From: Cyanobacteria bacterium auto_48_18
GTDB lineage: Bacteria; Cyanobacteriota; Vampirovibrionia; Obscuribacterales; Obscuribacteraceae
Direction of reading: 5' to 3'
DNA: 64,000 bases
NCBI GenBank assembly: GCA_036170915.1
Contig: JAVHQC010000033.1
Span: 96,001-160,000, forward strand
The notes under the pieces are model-generated. The model had not been told where the DNA came from. It did no database searches and worked only from the letters and a program-made list of their open reading frames with translations. The position numbers and the translations under genes were made by a program. Positions 1 to 9,770 of the stretch are shown piece after piece (within the stretch, counting starts at the first letter, position 1; the number at the start of each line of letters is the position of its first letter).

Positions 1-1
1 G

Positions 2-556
2 AAAAAACTTTTAGATGTCTTGAACGCTTTGCTTGACTTTTCAAAGCTGGAGTCAGGAAAAGTTGAAATAGAAAAAATTGCTTTTGATCCTCACCAGTTG
101 GTAAAGGATGCAGTTGCTTTAGCTGAGCCTAATGCAGTCAGTAAAGGCTTGAGGATAGAGACAAATGTCGATTTACCTAACAAGCTAATAGGCGATGAAA
201 GCAAAGTTCGACAGATCCTTTTGAACTTTCTGCACAATGCTGTGAAATTTACAAACGAAGGCACTGTAAGGGTCTCTGCGGTAATTGAGAAAGAATCGAA
301 GCCACACGCAATGGTTAGATTTTCTGTCTCCGATTCGGGTATTGGTATTAGAGAGAAAGACCAGACTGCTCTGTTTCAGCCCTTTGTTCAGGCTGATGGT
401 TCTACTCAGCGAAGATTTGGCGGCACCGGACTGGGATTGTCCATTGCAAAGCAATTTGTCGAATTGATGGAAGGCGAAATTGGTTTCGACAGCGAGGAAA
501 GTAAAGGCTCTGTTTTCTGGTTTTCTGTACCACTAGAGCTAGCTGAAGATGTCTAG
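2..556 (+). CDS. Hybrid-type sensor histidine kinase, C-terminal part (HisKA end + HATPase_c); 5' end outside the window
   Basis: [24 protein letters not shown] (N box), DSGIGI (G1), LFQPF (F box), GGTGLGLSI (G2); frame is open to the window edge. Confidence 0.93.
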   Translation, partial: KKLLDVLNALLDFSKLESGKVEIEKIAFDPHQLVKDAVALAEPNAVSKGLRIETNVDLPNKLIGDESKVRQILLNFLHNAVKFTNEGTVRVSAVIEKESKPHAMVRFSVSDSGIGIREKDQTALFQPFVQADGSTQRRFGGTGLGLSIAKQFVELMEGEIGFDSEESKGSVFWFSVPLELAEDV

Positions 557-935
557 CGTTCAAGATTCCAATTTAATTTTATTGGCAGATGATGACGATA
601 ATCTTCGCTATTTGACCATGCTTCAATTGAAGAAACTCGGTTATCCTTCTCATTACGCCCGGCACGGAAAAGAGGCTGTGAGCATGGTTGAGCGTTTTCC
701 TTATCAACTTATTCTCATGGATGTGATGATGCCTGAAATGGATGGCTGTGAGGCGGCCCGCGTTATTCGGAGCATTGAAATGCGCTTGGGCCGTGGGCCC
801 ACACCAATCATTGCCATGACTGCACTTCAAGACAAATCGATCTGTATTGAAGCCGGAATGGATGACTACCTGTTTAAGCCGATCTTGCTCGACGATTTAA
901 ATAAAAAACTTTCTCAGTGGTTGAACGTCACTTAA
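549..935 (+). CDS. Single-domain response regulator (CheY-like receiver)
   Basis: [33 protein letters not shown]; overlaps the kinase stop. Confidence 0.93.
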   Translation: MSSVQDSNLILLADDDDNLRYLTMLQLKKLGYPSHYARHGKEAVSMVERFPYQLILMDVMMPEMDGCEAARVIRSIEMRLGRGPTPIIAMTALQDKSICIEAGMDDYLFKPILLDDLNKKLSQWLNVT

Positions 936-1235
936 GATACCGCTGCTGCAAGCAAATGAAAGCGTTGAGAGCCACTGTTTGACATATTGGCATGGCACTG
1001 TATTTGGTGCCAAGTGGTTGCAAGGCTTCTTAGCAGTGAGCCGCACACTAATTGCCACAGCTGAGTTAACTGAGCTGGAGCAAAAATATTGAAAAGAGTA
1101 GCCAGTCTAACTCAGGTGCGGCCTCATTATTAAGCTCATTTGTTCTAGCGTGAACAGATAGGCAATAACTAAGTTTGCAAATGCAACTTTAATGCTGCAA
1201 AGTGCTTTCTCCATGTTCTGATAAGTTAATAACGT

Positions 1236-1691
1236 GTGGCGAATCGGGTAACCTTCGGAGGTCTTCCTGTGAAAATTCTGGCTATATTCGACGACCCCCA
1301 GATTGGTGCGATTGCCGCCCTGCGCAAACTTCAGCACACGGTGGAACTTGTGACGGATGTTCCGACTGCGATTGCTATCCTATATGATCGGCCGTATGAT
1401 GTGCTTTTGTGCCAAGCTGCGTTAGGGGGGCAGACACAAGCCACCATAAATCTGCTCGATACCATCAGGTCTAGCAGCCACCAAAGTGATCTTCCATTTG
1501 TATGTTGTCAAACAAGTGAAAAGGAACTTACCGAATCTGCCTTTGCTCATTTGCGTATGCGTGTAAATGCACTGGGTGGGCAAGGCTTAATCGATCATCG
1601 AGTTTTTCATTCTCGTAATCTGGTGCATGCAATTTCTAGGCAATTGTCTTCGGCCGTTGGTAGCCCTTGTCTTACTAGTTCGTGGCAGTGA
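1236..1691 (+). CDS. Degenerate receiver-like domain protein
   Basis: KILAIFDDP...YDVLLCQ...LLDTIRS...LPFV pattern resembles a REC fold, with Q at the phosphoacceptor position; start uncertain. Confidence 0.5.
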   Translation: MANRVTFGGLPVKILAIFDDPQIGAIAALRKLQHTVELVTDVPTAIAILYDRPYDVLLCQAALGGQTQATINLLDTIRSSSHQSDLPFVCCQTSEKELTESAFAHLRMRVNALGGQGLIDHRVFHSRNLVHAISRQLSSAVGSPCLTSSWQ

Positions 1692-1764
1692 AGGGCTTCT
1701 ATTTGTGATCGGAACTTGATCATTGTTAGCGCACGATCAGGTGCTACCTGCTATCAGCTTTTGA

Positions 1765-2277
1765 GTGAATAAAGAGATGGAATTTGATCCTGACAAAATC
1801 GAAAAGCTTACTTTGAAAGAAGCGGTCGAAGAAGTTCTGCAAGAAGCTCGAATGGTTTTGCCCGGCGTTCAAGCTTTGTTTGGATTTCAGCTAATTGCTT
1901 TCTTTAACAGCACTTATGCCGACCTTAGTGCAACCAGTAAGCTTTTACATTTGATAGCAGTCGGCCTGACGATTATTTCGATTGGGCTACTTATGGCTCC
2001 AGCTGCATATCACCGCCAGGTTGAGCGACAGACAGTTTCAAAGAATCTTGTGTGCTATGCCACTTCTCTAATCACGATTGGCATGGCTCCGCTTGCGGCT
2101 TCTATAAGCCTTGAAGTCTATGTGGTCACCAGGCTTGCTCTAAACAATTCAACAGTCAGCATTATTGCCGCTTTAAGTGCGGCGATTTTCTTAGCCATCT
2201 TCTGGTATTTTTTACCGCAATATTTTAAGAGATCGCGTGAAAAAGCTATCAATACAGCCGAAGCGATATCGGGGTGA
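1765..2277 (+). CDS. DUF6328-like four-TM membrane protein
   Basis: LQEARMVLPGVQALFGFQL and APAAYHR motifs, four hydrophobic segments. Confidence 0.8.
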   Translation: MNKEMEFDPDKIEKLTLKEAVEEVLQEARMVLPGVQALFGFQLIAFFNSTYADLSATSKLLHLIAVGLTIISIGLLMAPAAYHRQVERQTVSKNLVCYATSLITIGMAPLAASISLEVYVVTRLALNNSTVSIIAALSAAIFLAIFWYFLPQYFKRSREKAINTAEAISG

Positions 2278-3304
2278 TGTAGGCTGCTCGCCACAGGTTC
2301 ACTTTCAATTTGAATGCTTGTATAGTGGCTTTCTACTTCTATTCTGTGGGCTTCACTTGCCAAGCGCGACGCGATCTGCATTTCTATCAGCGATTTTGGT
2401 CATCTTTGTTTGTGCCTATGCTCCTGGTAACAGGGCAGCTACCTCCAAGCCAGATCAAGCGGTTGGCGATTCATATGGTTTTAGAAAAATTGCGAAGCGC
2501 CAAGTAAGCAGCACTGGTTTGACGCCAGACACACAGGCCCTGGCTAAGCTACTACAGATTGAAGACTCTCTTGCATCTTTAAAGAAGCTTGTTGCTGACT
2601 CGGGTGACAACCCCTCTGATTCACAGCTTGTGAGAATCATGTATCTGCGTCAAAAGTGCGAGCGGGCAACACAGTTTGCTTCTCTCGAGCTCGAAGAAGC
2701 TCTGGCAAATATTGAAAGCGATCTCAGTTACTCGAGTATGGAGTATTCACTTTTTTCTTCAAAGTACGAACGCTCACTGGCTCTGAATAATGCCGCAACT
2801 TTTCTGACCTCAGGTACCTTAGGTGTACTAGATTCGGCATCAGGCCTGAAGTATGCCGCACCAGTTCCCAATATATTTGGAATTACCGGTAATGCCGCTG
2901 CTGTAGCCATTCCGTTATGGGGCCTGCGACCACGAAAATACAGTCCATTGCAAAAAGAAAATGGCGGCAACATGCTCGCTCCAATCTTTAATTTGAAGTA
3001 TGAGGGAGAAGGCTACGATCCGATTATTTGGGATTATTTGAATGCTACAGCCCTTGACGAGAATGCCACCAGCTCACGGCGCGAAATCTTACTTGCGCGG
3101 TGGAAAAGATTTAGAGAATTAGACAAAGATAGCAAAAGTAACGACAGGGAAATAAGGCGGCTTTGCGGCTTTTTAGAACATGGTGAGAAAGTTACTCTCG
3201 ACTTGCTGAAAACGAGAGCCGAACTTCTGCTTGAATTGAGGACAGAAGTTCAATCGATGTATGCAGATCTGTCTGACTTAAACAGCGAGATCATGAAATA
3301 TTGA
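2237..3304 (+). CDS. Hypothetical exported/membrane protein with helical regions
   Basis: 355-codon ORF, hydrophobic segment near the N-terminus; true start probably downstream. Confidence 0.7.
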   Translation: MKKLSIQPKRYRGDVGCSPQVHFQFECLYSGFLLLFCGLHLPSATRSAFLSAILVIFVCAYAPGNRAATSKPDQAVGDSYGFRKIAKRQVSSTGLTPDTQALAKLLQIEDSLASLKKLVADSGDNPSDSQLVRIMYLRQKCERATQFASLELEEALANIESDLSYSSMEYSLFSSKYERSLALNNAATFLTSGTLGVLDSASGLKYAAPVPNIFGITGNAAAVAIPLWGLRPRKYSPLQKENGGNMLAPIFNLKYEGEGYDPIIWDYLNATALDENATSSRREILLARWKRFRELDKDSKSNDREIRRLCGFLEHGEKVTLDLLKTRAELLLELRTEVQSMYADLSDLNSEIMKY

Positions 3305-3590
3305 TTGCGCTATTCTCAAGCTGAAGAGAGCGAAACGAAGCAGGGCATTTTTGATCAAATCAATTTCGAAAGGAAATGCGAAAAGTTCGACAGGCAAGCC
3401 AAAAGCAAAGACTGGTTCTAAACCCGTGGCCTCAAGCAAATCAGGTCAAAACACAAACGGGCTTGTAAAGTGCCTTCGCGCTATTGCCCAGGTTGTGTAC
3501 CGGGCTACTTCGGAATTCTTTTGCCGCTTGGACCCAGTTACTGTAAAGTGAATACTAGGTGAGCATGACATAGCAAACAGATCGGCCGTA

Positions 3591-4388
3591 ATGAAACTAC
3601 TGAGTGAAAGATTGCGCAAAGGCTTGCATGTGGCGGCTGCCACGTTGTTGCTTAGTCTCACCGGACTATCTCTTTTAGTTCCTTCTGTAGCTCGACAGCC
3701 GGCAACCAATAAAGCGGTGAAAAAGTTACCAGGTTATGCGCTGACGCTGCTGTCTTTCAGCCCAGATACTTACGAAGTGCTAGCAACAACTTCTGCTATA
3801 AGAGTATCAATTGTCGGTGCGAATTGCACTGTGGTAAGCCGAGCACCAAAATGGGATATTTACGCCTGGCGCGATCAGGAAAAAACAATTTTTACCACAA
3901 GCCACCAGCGGTGGTGCAAAGACTGTCAGTTGCAAAGATTCAATTGGACTGCAGATCTGAAGCCTCCAAGATCTATCGTGCCATTTCAGTTTAGAGACAT
4001 GCCGGCATTTCTTTGTACATATCCACCAGCAGAAAGCGCAGGGGTGTACATACAGTCAACCTTCGGCAGCAGACAAACAGCAAAAGTTGAAAAAGAGCCC
4101 CTCGCTGTTTGTTTAAACCTGGGAAAGGATTACAAAGGCGGCGCGGTAATTGCACGACTTTTAGGGATGCCATGCATGCCCGGTCTGCTCGTGCAGGTTT
4201 CTAAGGGAAGGAGACTTGATCCTTCGCAAACATATTTGATGATCAAGTCAATGTCAAAGACAAGCATTAGCGATTCTGTTTTCGATTACCCAAAAAATTA
4301 CAAGGCCGTCCCATTTAGCGAAGCTTTTTTTCAATCAAAAACGCGCTCATCTAATATCAATGACTTATTTGAAACTTATAGTAAATAA
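3591..4388 (+). CDS. Exported hypothetical protein, distant paralog of the 57451-60414 array
   Basis: Signal peptide; VVSRAPKWDIYAWRDQEKT and FDYPKNYK match VSKAPKWQVSIFRNDDKT and FNVPAGYR of the array. Confidence 0.75.
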   Translation: MKLLSERLRKGLHVAAATLLLSLTGLSLLVPSVARQPATNKAVKKLPGYALTLLSFSPDTYEVLATTSAIRVSIVGANCTVVSRAPKWDIYAWRDQEKTIFTTSHQRWCKDCQLQRFNWTADLKPPRSIVPFQFRDMPAFLCTYPPAESAGVYIQSTFGSRQTAKVEKEPLAVCLNLGKDYKGGAVIARLLGMPCMPGLLVQVSKGRRLDPSQTYLMIKSMSKTSISDSVFDYPKNYKAVPFSEAFFQSKTRSSNINDLFETYSK

Positions 4389-4392
4389 GCAA

Positions 4393-5664
4393 CTATTTCG
4401 CGTCAATATAGCGATGCTGGCGCATAGTCTCTAACTGCGTCAGCATGGTGGATACTTCAGCGAAAATCAAATCGGTGACTTTTGCAATGGTGGCTTTTTT
4501 CTCTTTTTTAAAGTCAGCGTAATACAGACTCAAATCAATGGCTTCGCCCACATCAAGCAAAATCTCGCGCGCGCCTTTAATTGTCGGGTCACCATCGAAG
4601 ATCTCGATTTCCATTCTTTCAATAACGTCTGAATAACGTTCTTGGGTCATGTGCTCTGTGACGTAGCCATCGTAAATACAAATGAACGTAACTACACGAT
4701 TAAGATCGCGATAGTAGCTTTTGTAAACCCGCTGTTTTTCATCGTGAATCTTTCTCTCGTATTCGGTCATTTTCTTTTCGTCGTCGAAAATATGATCGTC
4801 TAATTTGTTGCGCAAAATGCGCACACATTCAAGGTCGCGTGCGTCTTTCGGTAAATCAACTTCTAAAATTCTGGCCAAATTAACAAGAATATGACGCTTC
4901 AAAGCTTTTAAACGATCATTCATTGAATGGGTGTTTTCAGCAGCGATACCATATTCTTTTTCGATGGTGAACAACATTTTTTCAGCCAGAGCGCGCATGC
5001 GATTATAAAAGCTGGCTTCTTCTGGTGCCTGCAGGCCAAGTTTGTTTTCTAACGTTTTCAGGGTTTCGCGCAGTGAGCTTGAAACATCACGTGGATAGGT
5101 GTATTTCAGGGCTATGGGCTGTATGTAAACTGTCTTTTCGTCGGGGCCAGGGCCAATTTTGGCACCACTTTTTTCAAGATCTTGCAGGGCCCAGAATGCC
5201 ATCTGAGCTGCTCCTGATTCTAGTGGCATAACAGTATCGTTTTGTCGCGATAGTTCCCCTTCAGGAAAGAGCACCAGTTTTTTCTTGCCTTCAGCTAAGA
5301 TTTTTCTTGTAGTTTTGAACGATTCGCGATCGGCCGCACCACGCACTACTGAGTAGACGCCCAGGTGCTGCAGCCACCAGCCGTTGGCGCCATTATCATA
5401 GTCAAAGACTTCACGGGCTGCGACAAAATTGAAATGTTCACCAGCTGCCCTGGCAAACATTCCCACTACCTGTGGATCGTGACGATTAGAATGATTAGGG
5501 CAAATCATGACATGCTTGCCTTTTAATTTGCTGAAGCGCTCCAGGGCACCGTCCATAATTTTGACGGTAGTGTCATGCAATTTTAGCTTCATGTAAAGTG
5601 GTAGAACCAGATTTACATACCAGATCAAAGCTGGGCTTTCCAAAGGCGGACGAAAATCGAGCAT
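4393..5664 (-). CDS. Phospholipid/glycerol acyltransferase (PlsC-like, long form)
   Basis: NHSNRHD (HX4D motif), FPEGE, IQPIALKY. Confidence 0.9.
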   Translation of the reverse strand: MLDFRPPLESPALIWYVNLVLPLYMKLKLHDTTVKIMDGALERFSKLKGKHVMICPNHSNRHDPQVVGMFARAAGEHFNFVAAREVFDYDNGANGWWLQHLGVYSVVRGAADRESFKTTRKILAEGKKKLVLFPEGELSRQNDTVMPLESGAAQMAFWALQDLEKSGAKIGPGPDEKTVYIQPIALKYTYPRDVSSSLRETLKTLENKLGLQAPEEASFYNRMRALAEKMLFTIEKEYGIAAENTHSMNDRLKALKRHILVNLARILEVDLPKDARDLECVRILRNKLDDHIFDDEKKMTEYERKIHDEKQRVYKSYYRDLNRVVTFICIYDGYVTEHMTQERYSDVIERMEIEIFDGDPTIKGAREILLDVGEAIDLSLYYADFKKEKKATIAKVTDLIFAEVSTMLTQLETMRQHRYIDAK

Positions 5665-5727
5665 TCTGACCTCGCAAAAGACTTAAAAATTGTAACCGCT
5701 CGAAAACCCTTATGGCTATTGAAGTAG

Positions 5728-6702
5728 CTATTTTGATAATGCCAGCGAGACCAGATAATCAACTAAATACGCTCGCGCGTCTACTATTTTGCTGAAGCCA
5801 TTGTATTGAATAAAGGTTGTTCCGGCGCCGTTCAATTCATTTACCCAATCACCAATGAAATCAACAGAGCCAATTTTAAGTTGAGATTGCTTACAAATTT
5901 GCTCTGCGTAAAGCTTGTCTCTTTCGAAGTTCTGATTATTAGAAGTATAGGCAGAGACTTGAAAATCTGCTGCATCAGGGCTCCATGGTGTGTGGCGACC
6001 GTGAGTGATGCGTGCTGCCACACACTTACCGTCAACAATCCATAGTCTCTTTTCCGGGCCACTGACATAGTTTTGAAAGCAATATTCGTCTAGAGCTGTG
6101 CCTGAATCGGTGATGTAATCTTTTAGTTTTTTGAGATCACTGTCACTTTCTAGCTTCTTAATGCCGAAGCCAGAGCCGCCCCATTTCGGTTTGGCTACAA
6201 GTGATCCGTGTTTGCTCAATAAGTCATGAGCTTCTAAATAGTCACTGGCAAGGTAAGTAGGTATGATCTTCGAATTGGGCGATTTATGACTCACCATCCA
6301 GTCTTTCAGACAATTTTTCTCCGCCTCTGGAGCATTTAAAATCATTGACACCGAACTATTATCTAGCGACGACTGGTGCAAAAACATTTGTGCTTGTATA
6401 AAGTCCAGCCGTTTTTTGAATCCCTGTTCAATGTGATTGAGCCAGTAACCATCGCTGTAGACGATCCAAAAATCGGCGCTCGGTTTGACCAGGCAATGCT
6501 TTTGAAATCGGCCACCTTTGACCCGCCGGTAGGTAGCAACCTTGCCGTTTTTAAAGTCATATCCATCTACCGGAACCAGCCACAAGTCGCTAACAGTATC
6601 AAGTGCAGTGACAATTGATCTGATTGTGGAGAGCCTTTTGCCTGCAATAAGTTCCGGATTGACGGTGAGAAGAATTCGCTTTTTACCTGGCATAGCTGGC
6701 AT
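5728..6702 (-). CDS. ATP-grasp ligase, GshB/RimK-like
   Basis: IIPT, VAKPKWGGSGFGI, FQNYV, EKRLWIVDG, VDFIGDWVNELN. Confidence 0.85.
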   Translation of the reverse strand: MPAMPGKKRILLTVNPELIAGKRLSTIRSIVTALDTVSDLWLVPVDGYDFKNGKVATYRRVKGGRFQKHCLVKPSADFWIVYSDGYWLNHIEQGFKKRLDFIQAQMFLHQSSLDNSSVSMILNAPEAEKNCLKDWMVSHKSPNSKIIPTYLASDYLEAHDLLSKHGSLVAKPKWGGSGFGIKKLESDSDLKKLKDYITDSGTALDEYCFQNYVSGPEKRLWIVDGKCVAARITHGRHTPWSPDAADFQVSAYTSNNQNFERDKLYAEQICKQSQLKIGSVDFIGDWVNELNGAGTTFIQYNGFSKIVDARAYLVDYLVSLALSK

Positions 6703-7981
6703 TTACCGGCTCGAAGTCAAAAGTCAGCATGGCTTTACACAGCTCGAATTTACTCTCCAGTTCTTCGATACTTTGAGCTCCGATGTCAATGAGCCCGTAC
6801 CTGTAGCTATTTGCGTCTTGCACTTGTTCTGAAAGCTTTTGACCTGTTTTTGCATAGACTTGCACACGCGTATCTGGAAACGTTTGGATAACACTATCAA
6901 TTTGTTCTGCGGTTGGTGTTGCGTGCACATGCTGGTCTGTGAATATACGCAGCACACAACTCGCCGCTACTTTGTAGGCACCGCTTGCTTTTTTCGTTTG
7001 AGGCTTTTGATTAATGGCCACTTCCAGCAAAGTTTGATACGTGCTAAATCCGTCAACTTTTTCAAAAAGGTTGGGAAACTGCGAAGCTATTTTAGGATTG
7101 ACCTCAATGATATCGATTCGATCCGTCTCAGGATTGTAAAAGAGCTCCATATTAAAGAGTGCGTTGTTATATTTGATGCCACTGAAAAATTTGACGGCAA
7201 TTGCGTTCATCCTCTCTAGAACCGGCTCAGGGAGCAAGCTTGGGTATTGCCAGCGTTTAAATGACATCGTGCCGGAGAACATGATGGCATCAACCACGCC
7301 CATAACGCATACCTGGTCGTTAAATACGTATCCTTCAAGCGAAACTTGAGTGCCGCTGAGAAGCTCTTCTTGCAGTAGGCAGGTGGCATGCTGCGAGAGC
7401 GAAGTATAAGCTCTCACCATTTCGTTGAAAGGCTCTATAAACTGGTGAGGAAGAAGTGCTTGCTCACTAAATCTCCGCAAGCTGTCTGGATCATTTACCG
7501 TGTAGGCGTTTTTTGACATGCATGATTTCACCGGTTTCAAAAAACACGGAAAGGACAGTTCGCTTTTTAAAGTTTCGGGCTGTTCCGGGTCAATCAGGTG
7601 AAATTTTGGTGTTGCTTCAGGAGCATATTTTTGCTGGAAAATTCGCGAATAATATTTGTGTTCGCATAACATGATTGCTTGTGGGGGCGCACCTGGAAGC
7701 GAAAGTTTTTCGGCAATGACGGCCGCCGCCGACATTCCGGGATAACCTACAGCTGACGTTACACCAGCCAGGCCCGCATGCTGATACTTTTCTACGGTGC
7801 TTTCAATCAAGTCGACTATTTTTAGTACTGGCTTTGTGACGTCAGGATTTTCACCAAGAAAGTCATCAAAATAATCATCATCAAATACATCGAAAATGAT
7901 TTCGCAATTGAGCTTGTTGGCAATGGCAGGCAATTGGCTGCGTTCGCGTGATGTAGGGCTGAGTACGAGTACTTTTTTCAT
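6683..7981 (-). CDS. ATP-grasp ligase, L-amino-acid-ligase-like
   Basis: CEHKYYSR, FPCFLKP, QEELLSG, SLEG, FNMELFY, IIEVNPK, plus a C-terminal domain typical of LAL-type enzymes. Confidence 0.88.
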   Translation of the reverse strand: MKKVLVLSPTSRERSQLPAIANKLNCEIIFDVFDDDYFDDFLGENPDVTKPVLKIVDLIESTVEKYQHAGLAGVTSAVGYPGMSAAAVIAEKLSLPGAPPQAIMLCEHKYYSRIFQQKYAPEATPKFHLIDPEQPETLKSELSFPCFLKPVKSCMSKNAYTVNDPDSLRRFSEQALLPHQFIEPFNEMVRAYTSLSQHATCLLQEELLSGTQVSLEGYVFNDQVCVMGVVDAIMFSGTMSFKRWQYPSLLPEPVLERMNAIAVKFFSGIKYNNALFNMELFYNPETDRIDIIEVNPKIASQFPNLFEKVDGFSTYQTLLEVAINQKPQTKKASGAYKVAASCVLRIFTDQHVHATPTAEQIDSVIQTFPDTRVQVYAKTGQKLSEQVQDANSYRYGLIDIGAQSIEELESKFELCKAMLTFDFEPVNASYAR

Positions 7982-8940
7982 TTAGTCACGCTGTTTTCTT
8001 TGATGAGTCGATCAAAGTATCGCGCCAGTTCTCTGCCGAAAGCCTGGCCTTTATTTGAATAGTTGGCGTACATCGATGGATTAAGCAATTCAGCTTCTAA
8101 CAACATGGGCGAGCCTGCCACCTTTAGAATATCCACTCTGCTAAAGTGCACAGGGTAACCCATCGATTCGTATACTTTAAGAACGTTTTTCGCAAATGAA
8201 ATCTCTTGGTCCGTTGGCTCGTAGACTGCTACCGAGCCGCCGAGAGATTCGTTGCAACGAAACTCTTCTCCTGTTTGTTTTGGTTTCTTGATCACGGCGA
8301 GCTGAAATTCGTGTCCAAGAAATACTAAGCTGCGCTCGCCATCCCAGATTTCTGGCATGAATTGCTGTGCCATGAAAGCCTCTTCACGTCCTGCAATTGT
8401 TTGGAGATCGTTTTGAGTTTTGGCCAGAAAAATATGATTGCCTCGTTCTCCGCACAAAGGTTTAATGACAAATGCTTCGCCCTGTGCGAGCCGCTCTTTA
8501 ATGTCTGCAATTTTGAATGATGGAATTATGCGAACGTTGTTTTTCTCTAAATCCCACAAGTAGCTTTTATTCAAGTTGTGTTTGATAGTCTCAATTTTAT
8601 TCACAACATTTGTGTGTGCAAAGCTGCGCAGCATCTTATTAAAGCTGGAAAGGTCGTCATAAAATCCCTCCATCTTATAAACGAAAATCAGGTCGAATTT
8701 GTCCAGCGGTACAGGCTTTTCATAAGACTCGCTGTTAAAACAATACATGCGTTTAAATTCGGCGATTTCAGTGCTTATCGCTAAGTCGCGCCAATTAACA
8801 AAAAAGACGTTGTGGCCCAAGTCTTTAAGTGATTGGGCAAAGTGCAGAGAATCGTATTCATCAACACTAAACTTGAGGGCGAAAAGTTTGTCTGTGGACT
8901 TTTCCACATCTTCGGCCATAGTAAAGAGAATATTACTCAT
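7978..8940 (-). CDS. ATP-grasp ligase, RimK/DcsG-like
   Basis: NLNKSYL, FVIKP, QQFMPEIWDGERSLVF, SRVD, LLEAELLNPS. Confidence 0.85.
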   Translation of the reverse strand: MSNILFTMAEDVEKSTDKLFALKFSVDEYDSLHFAQSLKDLGHNVFFVNWRDLAISTEIAEFKRMYCFNSESYEKPVPLDKFDLIFVYKMEGFYDDLSSFNKMLRSFAHTNVVNKIETIKHNLNKSYLWDLEKNNVRIIPSFKIADIKERLAQGEAFVIKPLCGERGNHIFLAKTQNDLQTIAGREEAFMAQQFMPEIWDGERSLVFLGHEFQLAVIKKPKQTGEEFRCNESLGGSVAVYEPTDQEISFAKNVLKVYESMGYPVHFSRVDILKVAGSPMLLEAELLNPSMYANYSNKGQAFGRELARYFDRLIKENSVTK

Positions 8941-8947
8941 GCTGCGT

Positions 8948-9688
8948 TTAGGCCGTAAGGCAGGCTTTTTGAGGTTCGTTCAAGCCGGCCTTGGCAAAAC
9001 TAATTGCAAACGAAGCCAGCACAGATAGAGGATCTATAACAGGTACGGTGAGGTCTCCGTCTTCCAAAACAAGCGATACTTCAGTGCAGCCGGCGACGAT
9101 ACACTGCGCACCGTTTCTTACCAGGTGAGAAGCGGCGCTTATGATGGCTTTGCGAGCAGAATCTTTCTTGCCGGCTTTGATTCCGTCTGCGCCAAAAATT
9201 GCAGTCATAATCTCTGACTGAATCACGTCATCGGGCGTCACTTGCTTTAACGCGAGTGAGCTGATCCATCGTTGGTATAACTCGCTTTCTAAGGTGGCAG
9301 TAGAGCCGATGATGCCAATTCTTTCAAGCTCTGGATAGGTTTGTTTGACAAATTCGACGGTGGTTTGCACCATATCAATTATTGGTATTGAGACCGCTTC
9401 TCTGAGTGGCTTGAGATAGTAGTGGGCCGTGTTGCAGGGCATTAGCAAAAAGTCGGCCCCGGCAGCTTCTAAAACGGTGGCAGTGCGAATTAGTTCTGGC
9501 AGCGCCGATGGACCATTCGCTGAAATTGCGTCAACGCGGTTTGGAATAGCGGAATTATTGAAGGTAATAACGGGAATGTGCTGCTGATCGCAGGACGCTG
9601 GCGTCAAATCTGTGATTAACTCGCAGAGGCGATTGGTGGCATGAGGACCCATGCCTCCGATAATTCCGATTGTTTTGTATCTCGGCAT
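8948..9688 (-). CDS. PLP-independent amino-acid racemase (aspartate racemase family)
   Basis: IGIIGGMGP, MPCNTAH and AGCTE catalytic-Cys motifs. Confidence 0.93.
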   Translation of the reverse strand: MPRYKTIGIIGGMGPHATNRLCELITDLTPASCDQQHIPVITFNNSAIPNRVDAISANGPSALPELIRTATVLEAAGADFLLMPCNTAHYYLKPLREAVSIPIIDMVQTTVEFVKQTYPELERIGIIGSTATLESELYQRWISSLALKQVTPDDVIQSEIMTAIFGADGIKAGKKDSARKAIISAASHLVRNGAQCIVAGCTEVSLVLEDGDLTVPVIDPLSVLASFAISFAKAGLNEPQKACLTA

Positions 9689-9770
9689 CTCTTACCACTC
9701 TAGACTTTGGTAAGTTTATGGCAAAAGTAACCCCTTCGATATATCAATTTGTTAATTAAATACTGCCGAG

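Noticed and set aside
993..1010. Sigma-54 promoter (TGGCAC-N5-TTGC)
   Set aside because: The -12 element reads TTGG rather than TTGC.
3351..3551. 66-aa Lys-rich ORF
   Set aside because: TTG start, weak RBS and no recognisable motif; it may be real but I cannot support it.
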